DNA of 64,000 nucleotides from Pavona decussata (Eukaryota): NCBI GenBank assembly GCA_977016875.1, contig CDRNST010000191.1, positions 434,001 to 498,000 of the forward strand, read 5' to 3'. Shown piece by piece: positions 53,101 to 63,986 of this stretch (position 1 is its first letter; each line of letters starts with the position of its first letter). The notes under the pieces were generated by a model. It saw only the letters and a program-made list of their open reading frames with translations, ran no database searches and was not told where the DNA came from. The position numbers and the translations under genes were made by a program.

Positions 53101-54407
53101 GCCTTTCAGTCAACTGTCAATGTTTATCCTTTCGTTTTTTCTCAAGGACATGAACTCCCTGTAGCCCTTCCTTTGTCGGAACTACCCGGACCCAACGCGG
53201 CACCAAAAGCAACCAAACCTAAGGATCTGGAACCTGCATCTAAGCTCCCCAAACCAGGAAAACTGCATACAAAGCCACATCTGAAAGCTGCATCACATGA
53301 ACAGCAGCAACCTCTAAAAGTGCATGCGCAAGAGCAGGAACATGACCAAAAGGCATCCCAAGAGGCAAGAGTTCACCTACACAGAAAAGTCAGCAAAGAA
53401 GTAGCCAACAAAGTATTAACAAAGCTTGAAAGCACCTTGCCTGTGCACGTGGTAACTGAAAAGCAAAAACGTAAGTAGAATTAATTCAAGCAATGTTAGA
53501 AAGGATACGTCGAGAGAATGCTTCCTTCCAAGGAACTATAGTCTTATTTTGTGGAGTCGAGGTACACGCCTAGTTGTTGGTGGTTGGAATTCTAAGAATG
53601 TTTGGAAAATTGCTGAAGTGATTCCATTGTAAGACCTGGCCTTTTGTCGCCAGTCACCTTTCAAAGTAAAGTGTATTACTAACCGTGTTATTCACCAATT
53701 CCGCCTGGCCTTGAATGCTGTTGGTCGACCTCGAAAGAAACTTATCAATTGGACCTTTTACAGAGTGTCGTTAAAACCAAAACCAAAATAATTGCTTCCG
53801 CCAATCACAACAGACGCCAACAACGCAATGAGCTAATCAAAATTAGTAGCAAATACACGTGAATCCGTGCCAAAGCGGGAAAACGAGCGGAACACAAGTG
53901 ACAGTTTGTTTTGGTTTTGTTTCTCAATGATTAACAAAGTGGTTTGAGTTTTTTCAACCAATCACAAAGCGTCGCGGAGCAAAACCAAAGAAAATGAGCA
54001 ATTACTTTCGACACCCAATTGAAAATCGCTCTAAGGGGATAGAGGGGGCTTTTTCTTTAGTATTTTTTAGATACTACGGATAGATGCTCATTAGAAAGAG
54101 GGGGGAAGAGGGAAGGGAGTACAATAATTAAACTAATTAATCATCTTATAATTCATCTTATACAGACGAGGAACAAGTTACCAATGGGCATAAGATTAAA
54201 CTGACTGACGAGGGCAAGCCTCAGCGGGTGTTTGGAAAAGTGGACCCCAATAATGTAGCCATCACAATGCAGGGGCCTGGGTCGGTAGCGGTGTCATCAC
54301 ACCTGACGGACGGAAGCCAAACTGTCATTTTCGATCCCAGGCCTGTAGATCCGTGCCCTGACAAAAACTGTCCCCACCAAAGTGGCAGAAAGAGACACAA
54401 GAACTGA
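50141..54407 (+). CDS. Gene E: secreted His/Lys/Gln-rich protein with two GPG motifs (~318 aa)
   Basis: Exons 50141-50219 (MRRLFSLLICVAIVVQGRPRHHKHKK, signal peptide), 52490-52801, 53147-53470 and 54166-54407 (ends CPDKNCPHQSGRKRHKN*). Phase-1 GT-AG introns, in frame. 3'UTR intron 54433-54934; AATAAA 55160. Confidence 0.8.
53757..54033. repeat. Interspersed repeat with internal inverted motifs
   Basis: gagtgtcg / cgacaccc and aaaaccaaaac / gttttggtttt inverted blocks; repeated ccaatcacaa. Confidence 0.45.
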
Positions 54408-55375
54408 TCGAGTAAAGATTACCAAGGAAAGGGTGAGTCCTTGAACTTAGAAGATAATTCTTCATGCTGAGCGTCAGTTAAAACTGACTTGGGGGAGGGG
54501 GAAATCAGGCAAACACTAAAAAAATAAACCCGCAAAACATTTGTTAAAGGAAAAGCTGGTGCATTAACGTACAAAGCAAAGAAATATCTTGCAATAAAAG
54601 AAAATTCATGCAGAGTTTTCCGAAATCAATTGCGGCCGAAAAAATTTGCCACCATGAAAAGGCAACAGACTACATAATATTGGTGTTTGCTAGATAATCG
54701 TTAATTTCTATGGGGGGGGGGGGGGGTAAAGTTCGCTTAAGATATTTCCGCGGAAACTTTTCAGGATATTGTTTCGCAGATCATATACTGAAGAAATTCC
54801 AAATAACAAAGAGCTAAAATTCGCGCACGGCAGAAATTTTTTTGTAATCTCATCAATCAGTTTCCGCAGAAGTCTGGTGAAATATATGGTAAAATAACCA
54901 TTCGTGTCATGAACTTTGGATTTTTTCCCTACAGATGCCAGAACATTTGTATAGATTACCTCCTGAGGCATTGTCAAAATACGATCACGGACTGGAAGTC
55001 GCCATGGTATTGGCAGAAATTTAAGAGAAGTTACCAAGTACAATTTAAATTTTCTTTAACAATTCTTTGCTGTTACCGTCAATATTCTTTAATTACATAA
55101 CTTGACAGACGTAAAAGAGCGTACCAAAGAATGCATATTCTCTATAAATTTGAAGTCTTAATAAAAAATACAGTGTTCATTGTAGTGTGTAGTGATTATA
55201 TTTGGTGCGTCACATTCAAAGGGATTTTTGGATATAGATCCGTGTATATAACTGGTGGGCAGCTTATAATTAGAATGAAAAAGGTAAAAAAGATTTCTTG
55301 ACACGTACCTAATTCATCAATTAATCGGTCGATCGATCTAATTTGAAAAGTAAACGACCAACTAACCAACACACT

Positions 55376-55427
55376 AGTCAGTCAGTCAATCATTCAGAAG
55401 TGAGTGAGTAAGTAAGTAAGTAAGTAA

Positions 55428-55459
<32 letters not shown>

Positions 55460-55680
55460 TTCAGTCAATCACTCAGTAGTGAGTGAGTGAGTCAGTTAGT
55501 CAGTCATTCAGTAGTGAGTGAATAGGTCAGTCAGTCAGTCAGTCAGTCCGACAGACAGAGAGACAGACAGTCAGACAGTCGCACTGTCTGTTCAGTTAGT
55601 CAACTAGTCAGTTAGGCAATCGTCAGTGTGTGTCAGATTAGTCAATCAGTCAGTAAGTCAGTCAGAAAGTCGGTCAGTCA
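55376..55680. repeat. Compound (CAGT)n/(AAGT)n/(GAGT)n/(CAGA)n microsatellite
   Basis: Direct inspection. Confidence 0.9.
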
Positions 55681-56302
55681 ATTTACCCATTAATGTTCTA
55701 TAATGTCTTTTTTCTTGCGTTTCTCAAGTTCCTTGAGGAGCCGGAAATAAATATAATTCTTCGTTTATATCCTCCCTTGTCGGCTTTTTTTTTTACCTCA
55801 AACCAATCGAATTATCGCCAACATAGTCCACAAAAAAGAAGCAGTGCGCTTCATGTTCTGCCATGTGTGACAATCCCGTGTGCGCAGATGTTAACTCTCA
55901 GGTCACCTTCGTCAAAAGTAATCTGTTTCCAGATTTTCCGTATTTTTGGGCTGTTTAATTATGCATCAAGTGTTAATTATTCCTAAACCGGAAAATGAAT
56001 AACCCGAACAGTTCCAAAAACGCGCCCAATTTAAGGCCCACTAATAAGGTATCATTTGCGCAGTTTGTTACTATGCAGGAAAAGTAGATCTTAGTAAGGG
56101 GTATTGAAGTCCAAAAAGAAAATTGGGGGTAACCATGTATTTGTCAGGGATAAAGCCTCAGAAGAACAGGCGATAATCCAAGTGAATTACAGAAACAAGA
56201 TGATGCAGTTTTATGAGAAGTGAATGGACCAAAAGTCGGAAGATTTGCTTCTTACTCGGAAACTTGAATAACGCGACAGAAATGCAGAAGTTTTATTATT
56301 TC

Positions 56303-56480
56303 AATAAGCCATTCCGAGTTTTTTTTAACCTCATTATGAAAACGAGGCTTCGTGTGTAGTTTATTACGAAAATTAGTTTTAATTCCAGCATATGCAAACA
56401 AAACTAATTTTAACATGAAAAGCTTTGCACTTGGCCTGGCTTTCGTAACGACGTTCAAAGCAACTCAGGAATGGCCTACT
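56303..56480. mobile_element. MITE, same family as 58487-58665
   Basis: ccattccgagtt / aactcaggaatgg TIRs. The internal aacctcattatgaaa..gaggct and ctttgcactt blocks are shared with 58487-58665. Confidence 0.65.
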
Positions 56481-56773
56481 AACTGAGTTATCGAATTCTC
56501 TTTGCATACAAGCATTGCAACTATTAGATCCTATTTCATTTACAAAACTCAGCGAAATGTCCGGTTCACTGGACAAGAAGTTTAACAGGAGCTTTAATTT
56601 AGTACCGGTATGTGTTGGGCATACTGCAGCCTGTTAAAGTAGTAGTGAACAGATTATGCAATGATGTTTTATTAAGAAGGAATCGATAAAACCAGCCACC
56701 GTGACAGTGTTATCTACGCCACGTGATACTCGAACCTGTCGCGGTGGAACAAGGGGACAGAAGTGTCTAAAAA

Positions 56774-59700
56774 ATGCCTGTTTTATTTCACAAGCGAGAA
56801 TTACCTCAGTTCCTCGTACTGTTAATATGTGTAGTATTTTGTCAATGTAAAGAGCACATCGAAGAAAATGATGGTAAGTTTTGAAACGTTTATTTATGAG
56901 TCTGTTTTTGTAAACAACGGTAAACAATATACCGTTAAGAAATGTGATTTTGAAAAGTTAATTTTAGTTAAACTGCTTTAATTTATTTCTTAAAAATCAC
57001 TGTATACCCTCCGTATCTAAAGAAAGTTTTACTAAAGTTTAAGTGTTTGTTGATGGGCTGAAAGAAATGTTTCCCGACAATTTGCTCTTTCTGGTGGAAA
57101 TTTTAGCGTTAGTTGAGAGGTCAACAAGGGAGCAAACTGTTTGGAAATATGAACAGTTGTTGATAACATCTGTTAAGGAAATAACATTGGTTAAGACACA
57201 ACATATTTTTTTGTTGTGTCTGCAGTTCTGCTGTTACTGCCTATGTAGAAAAGAGTTGTCAAGATTTGTAGGCTGAGATTTGTGTCCATCAAAACTTTGT
57301 AATTTGATCATCATGGCCTCTTTGTTTGCTTTCTTAATGCCACCTGCTTGTAACAGTTCCATTGCATGTACCGGTTGATTGTTTGATGATTAAACGTTTA
57401 ACCCGCAGCATCTTCAGGCCAAGAAACAGAAGTCACTTCAAACTTCGTCACTATCAGAATCCCTGCACATATTACCGACCATAAAGAAGGTACAGTGCTA
57501 GAGGAACTTACAATGCAAATGCTCTTGAATTTTTGAAAATTTGGGAAGAGTTGGACGACGGACACAACCACCGGAGGGTATTGTGCCGTGACAATTATTA
57601 TACGGTCAGGTACTTTAGGATTTCATCCACAGAGTGAAAAGTTAGAACTAACTTGCACAGGATGAACTAAGGATAGCACTACCAGAGTAGTGCATTTCCA
57701 GAGTATTAGTTTTCATCATAGTTAAAACTGAGCACATTGCATACTCTCAATGTTTGACTCTAGAACAGGGTTACACAGATTGAAAAAAAGCTCAAAGATC
57801 AGTAAGCTATGTTGAATGTTTTCTGAAAGTCCTGGCACGCTTCTCGGTTTCGAGGTTGAATACAACTACTAGGCGCCTTAGAACGAAATCACTCAAAGAT
57901 AGAGGACCTTGATTGATTTCTTATTACATTGTAAAATTGACCAAAACTAAGAGGAAATTTTTTCTCTCGCCAAAACGCCTTCCAGCTAGAGGTTATTTCT
58001 TAGGAGCCTCTACAGATTCGTCGAGTGTTAAAGAAACGAGCTGATACAAAGGTAATCTGTTATAATTTGACAGATTTGAAGAAACTTCGATGTAAAACTT
58101 AAAACAATATAGCCGGACCAGTAAGGAAAATATGTGGTCCCGAGTCACGGGCATATTATGATAAGACGAATATTTTATAAACAAATTAAAACTTGATATA
58201 CTTCTTAGATTGTACTTACGAAGGAAAAGTTCATCGTCATGGTGACGCGTGGTCTCCAGGCCCTTGCATCCCGGAATGTCGATGCAAGCTCGGTCACGTG
58301 GAATGCTCTAAGATAGAGTGCCCGGATTTAAACTGCGAAACGTCAATCAAAAAGAAATGGAAGTGCTGTCCAGAGTGTTTACCGGAAATACAAAATGGTT
58401 GGTAGGAATTTGAGTTATCCGGAATTGGATAAGAAGATTTTTGTTGAACGTTTACACATTTTTTCTTCAAGTGATTATGCCGTCTTAATAAACCATTTCC
58501 GAGTTGCTGTGAACCTCATTATGAAAGCGAGGCTAAGTGCAAAGCTTTTCATATGAAAATAAGTTTTCTTTGCGGATGAATGAAAACGAAATTTCATAAT
58601 AAAAACTTTGCACTTAGCTTTGCGTCCCTAACGAGAAGTTCAAAGCAACTAGGAAATGGTCGATTCTAATATTGTACATGTAAAATTGCTTTCAGCATTA
58701 TCAGGAAGCTACAGCGTCACTCGAGGCTATCGCTTTGAAATATATTTAAAGCCGCTCTATTTAACGTTTCTCTTTCGCGTTTAGCAAACCTCCCGTGGAA
58801 ATCCATAGTATATTAGTGCATACCGAGCGTTTATTTTTTGTCTCAAATTAAATGTAGAAGTATACTCAAAATGCAGGAAGCAGCCTTAATTAGACCTTAG
58901 ATTTTAAACATTGTTAATTTTAAAACAAAGAACAAATAATTTATTTGTGGATTTAGTGGTGCGTTTAAGTTAAGAAAACGTTTTTGTCAATAAATGGTAT
59001 AATTGCTATTTCTAAAGGATGTATTTTTTTTATCAGTGCCAAGAAGTTGCAATCCCAAGACGAGGCTTTTGTTCACTGCCTTCGCATTCAGACCCCGCAC
59101 CTCTTACATTTTTGTGCCCTTTTTTTGTTATGCGGGAAGCCCGAACTAACGTACTTTGAGATTTTGCTATACTAGAAATAAATAAGTTTCCTCTGGCCGT
59201 ACCTAATTCAGACTTTTGATGGCTGCCAAACAACTGCGTCCTCGCTATCGCGTTCTCCGCTCCTTGCGGAATATTTACCTGACATTTGAAACAACCAACC
59301 GACGAGGCCGGTGGCAGAGTTGGCTTAAATCAGGCGATATTCCGCAGGATTGAGCAAGGATAATTGTCTAATTATTCAACACATTGATAACAAAGGACAG
59401 TTAGCTGGAGATGGTTGTTTTTGTTACATTCTTCTCCTTAACAAACAAACAAACAAACAAACGTTTTTCACAGAATATTTCTTGAGTACAGAAGACGAAT
59501 TTTGAGCGCACTATGACCATATTCGGATAGTGTTACAATTCATTGAATAATAAACCACATTCGCCTGTGTGATACATGTCAGAAGCAAGATAAAATAGTT
59601 TCGGTGCATTCCATGCAAACTAATGCGTTAAAAGTCTCAACCTGCAGGTCTTTCTAATCTTTCAGGAACTTCTTGCGGTGTGTGGACGAAGGGTGGGAAT

Positions 59701-62700
59701 AGCAATGGTGGTTGTTGTGTATTTCCGTTCCACTATCATGGCGTCTTGTACTACACTTGTACTTATCAAGACCACGACAATCCTTGGTGTGCAGTCACGC
59801 CAAAGTTTGACCGGGACGGAGTCTGGGGAGAGTGTATAGGTAATGCTACCTAACTGAGGAGACCTAATTAACATAAGCTTCATAGTTTCCTTTAGGTCTC
59901 CTCGCCATTGTTGCATCTATTTTTGTCTATTTTTTTTTTTTTTTGTTTACATTGTATTTGTGGTGTGGCAATAAATAAATAAATAAATAAATAAATAAAT
60001 ATAGGTAATGCTACTTCGTCTATTATAAACATAGCATAGCTGCTAATGAATCAGTAATATTATCATCTTGGTGCATCCCAAATTGCCCGTTCCGAGGTTG
60101 CGCGGGAGATTGGGTCAAGAAAGGTGTCCCAAAGCGTCATGGGGCTGTTTTGGGGGACACAGTTTCCAAAATGGCGGACGAAAACACGAAAGTTCAGCTA
60201 GCTGAAAGCGATATTCCAGGTGCTGAGTTGCCTAAACCAGCAGAATTCTGTACTGTGGGTATATTGAAACGATGGTTGTCCTGCAGAGGTGCAAAAGTGT
60301 CCGGAAATCGGAAGGATTTGATCAAAAGTTTAGATTACGAGCCTTGCAATGTAAACTATTTCGAAACTATTGTGACATTTACAATTGAGGTCAAATCAAT
60401 TCAAACTGCCGTCGAAAGCTTCATCTTCTAACGCTTTCTGCTTTATTTTCTTTTATAGAGTAAATGATTACATTAATAATGGGTTATCGTCCCCCAAAAC
60501 AGCCCCATGACGCTTTGCGACACCTAACTTGACCCAATCTCCCGCGCAACCTCGGAACGGGCAATTAAGCCACTGCAATCGTCTTAATTTTAATACTTCT
60601 AGTCGCTTTTTACTTTTATATAAACTGGGACCAAACTAATCGGATAAGTTGGTAAAAATGTATAAATCGTACAGCGCATTCAACTAGATAATTAGGAACT
60701 GCTAAATGAAGCTCTGGACACCTGACAAACCGGCGATGCGACATTACTGAGGGTACACACACATACACAAGAAAAACAAAAAAACAAAATGAGATGCGTT
60801 ACATTTTCCAATTTTGAACTCTTGGCCCTCTCAGGTTCAGCCGTGATTTTGGTTTGCTGTTGTTGGTCGGCTTACACGCGCGCGTGTACTTTAGTATCTC
60901 GGCCATCCACATACTTTTATTTGTATACAACGGCAAATAATGAACTCAACTGCGCCAGATTTTTGTACTCTGAACAAGACAGTAATATCCATTGCTTTAT
61001 TATCAATTCCTGACTACCAAACCAATCCGGCCTGGGATGCTGAAGTCGGCCATTTGTTAAGTGTCGTACTCGCTAAACAAGCAATGGTTATTTCTGTGAT
61101 ATATTGTAGTTTCTTAACCTCTTCATTTTCTTTTATTTCTCCTGTCCTAACCAGATAAGGGTGACGCGAAAAATGCTTTGCGATTCATTTACCACAAAGG
61201 ACAGACTGCTACAAATCGCGTCTTTGATGAAACAGACAACTTAGTCAACCAGGCTGCCCACAATGCCGTGCAACAAATGAAAGGACAAAAGCCGAACGCA
61301 AACGTCACGTTACCCTCAGGTAGCGCAGGTAATGCAACGCAACCTGTGCCAGTGACGCCATCAGCTACGGTTGTAAAACCCACAACATCTGCAAACGCGG
61401 GTATTCAACCGACTACCACAGGAATCCCACAGGTAGCAACACCTGTCCCAAACGCCACGGTTCCTGCTAGTTCTTCACAGGGTGTCCTACCTACTAGTTC
61501 CGCATCAGTTCCTCTAAATGCTAGTGCTTCAGTTGTTCAACCGTCACCTGCATCCACTCAGCAGCCAACTACAGTCGGGGGAACTACTCCGACTGAACAG
61601 TCCTCAGTAACAGCTCCGTCTGCTGTTGTTCCTGGACAATCTATAATACCAGCTCCATCTGCTGTTGTTCCTGGACAATCTGCAATCCCAGCCGTTTCAC
61701 CGAGTGGTGGTATTCCTCCACAGCCGTCTGTTGGGGTCACTCCTATTTCTCCACCCGTGGTTCTTCCCGGTCAGGTAATAACTCAAAGAAAATGCCGTTT
61801 ATCGTTTCTTTTTTGGAGAGAATTGATGTTGGGTTGGATCGAATTATTAGTTAGAGAGACAAAATCTGTTTTTTCTATAAGTGGGTATGGGCGAGCCGCA
61901 AGTGAAAACCTACAAAAATGCTGGGCAGATGACAGAGCAATCAACAATTATCATATTCAGGGTGTAGTGGTAGATCCGGGACATTATAAAAGATGCGGCC
62001 GACGGAGTGGAACCTGAATGAAAAAATTTCGCTAAAATTAAGAAAAATTCCTCCCTCCGGCCGGGGCCCTATTTTCTCTGAGAATAAATCAAGCCCCACA
62101 TTCCGTACCTCTCCTAGTTCCGCCACTGAGGGAAAGGAGCAATACTTCTAGGTACTTCGTGCTTATGAGTTCAGCGTCATGCAACTAGGAGATTCTGTCA
62201 GGTGGCCCGAGCTTGACCCGGTTTCTGTAGTGTTAAACAACAACAGCATGAGTTTTGCCCCCCCCCCCCCCCCCTCCCCTCCCTGGGTGGATAACTCCCA
62301 TTATTATGTCGTCAAAACCCATTTATACACCTGAGTGAGGAGAAACAATGGGGAACAAACTTGATTGTTTCAGGAAAAATACGACTCCAGAATCCTGGAA
62401 CAATCGAAGTTCTGAAGTCCAAGGCGTGCACACTAGCTACTACACTCACTTGGCCTCATTATTTATCTGCTTCAGATGTCTTGAATATCACACTTGTCAA
62501 ATTTGACATCGGTAAACATTATTAGTTATTGCCTAAAAAGCCCAGCTAACGTAGCTGACGTTTGAAATACTCTTAAGCCTGTAGCACCTGGAAAACCAGC
62601 AGTTGTATGTATTCCAGTGCCTGGGGTGACAAACCTACCTGGTGCCGGTGGGACTCCCCCTCTTGGACCTCAACCGGCCGCACAGCCTTGCCCACCGGGA

Positions 62701-63986
62701 GCACAGCCCACCCAGCTGCCCAGTCAGCCATTTCCAGTGTCACAGACTACCATTGATCCCGGACAGACCCAGGCCCCTGGTCAGGTCGTGCATGAGGTTA
62801 CCACGACAGAGATTAATCCAACGCACAATGTTTCAACTACGGAGTATTGGTTCGGCAAAGCGAACGAGACTCTAAACAGGACCAACGGTAAATGTTTTAC
62901 TTGAAAGTTTCCTTCATTTCTCAGAATCAAACCTGTAGTAAGTTAAAAGTGAACTTAACTTGGGAAAATACTGTTGTGTGGCCATTCAAGCGAAATCCCT
63001 GTAGAATTAGTTTTCTGTGTTGTTTTAAATTTCTCTGATTCTTTAATAATTTATGATGAGCCGAAGGAAGGAGGAACGCGACGGAGGTTTGGAAATACGA
63101 TCTTTATTATCATAGAATTTGGTGAACTTTTGCTTTGAATTTCTCTAAGAATAATTAATTTAATATCTGCGCTTCGTTTTTTCAACCCCCTTCTCGGTAT
63201 TTGTAAATTGGATGAGATACTCTTCCCCGTGTTGGATAAATTACTTCACGATGTCGTTAAAAACAAGTTAATACTTGAGTATTCAGTGCCTGGTTCTAAA
63301 ATTGCGCCTGCCCTATTGGTAATGAAAGGCTTCGATAGCAGGCAACTATCACATTCATACGTCGGTAAATGTTCGTGAATACATGAAATCAGCGCTATAC
63401 TATTTTTTGTGACCGTTCTCTTTTCATAGATGCTGCAAACCAAACCTCGAGTATAGCTGCGACAACCGACTCTCTTAGCAACTCGTCCAACAGCGGACTT
63501 AGTAACCAGGCTTTGTACGGTTACCAAGCTGCCTCGTCCCCGTACACATATCAGAGTCAGAACCAGGTCCCTTATGCGGATCAACAGAAAGATTCACAAG
63601 GTTACACATCTTATAACACACCCGGATATAAAGCGTATTACGATAACGCCGCTTACCAGCAGAATGGGGCATCGCAGGCACAGGACACGGCTTTCCAGAA
63701 TGATTCACAAGGTTACACATCTTCTAATACTCCTGAGTACAATAGGTACTACGATAACACCGCTTACCAGGAGAATGGCGCATCGCAGGCACAGAATACC
63801 GCTCAACAGAGTGATTCACAAGGTTACACATCTAATACTCCTGGTTACAATGGGTATTACGATAGCACCGCTTACCAGGAGAATGGGGCATCACAGGCGC
63901 AGACCATCGCTGGGCAAGAGAATTATTATTCAGACCAACAACAGTACCAGACTCCTTCAGATCAGGGGTCATATTATTCCGGATAG
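56774..63986 (+). CDS. Gene F: secreted protein with VWC and fibronectin type II domains, Pro/Ser/Thr mucin-like stalk and Tyr-rich tandem repeats (~676 aa)
   Basis: Exons 56774-56873 ([25 protein letters not shown], signal peptide), 57409-57489, 58209-58397 (VWC: [25 protein letters not shown]...CCPEC), 59666-59839 (FN2: [48 protein letters not shown]), 61155-61774 (or -61769), 62578-62887 (or 62585-) and 63430-63986. All join in frame. Confidence 0.8.
58487..58665. mobile_element. MITE, same family as 56303-56480
   Basis: accatttccgagttgct / agcaactaggaaatggt TIRs. Confidence 0.65.
59850..59999 (+). mobile_element. 5'-truncated non-LTR retroelement tail with (AAAT)n end and 15-bp TSD
   Basis: Direct repeat tataggtaatgctac at 59835-59849 and 60000-60014; internal stem gaggagacct/aggtctcctc; (AAAT)n tail. 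Confidence 0.75.
60083..60564 (+). mobile_element. Internally deleted DNA transposon with ~75-bp TIRs and a SAP-like coding remnant
   Basis: tgcccgttccgaggttgcgcgggagattgggtcaag...ggggac and its reverse complement ending at 60564, flanked by AT (or AATT). Internal [10 protein letters not shown]...[24 protein letters not shown]. Confidence 0.75.
63591..63920 (+). repeat. Coding tandem repeat, 111 bp/37 aa x3 (Tyr-rich) in gene F
   Basis: gattcacaaggttacacatct at 63591, 63702 and 63813. Confidence 0.9.
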
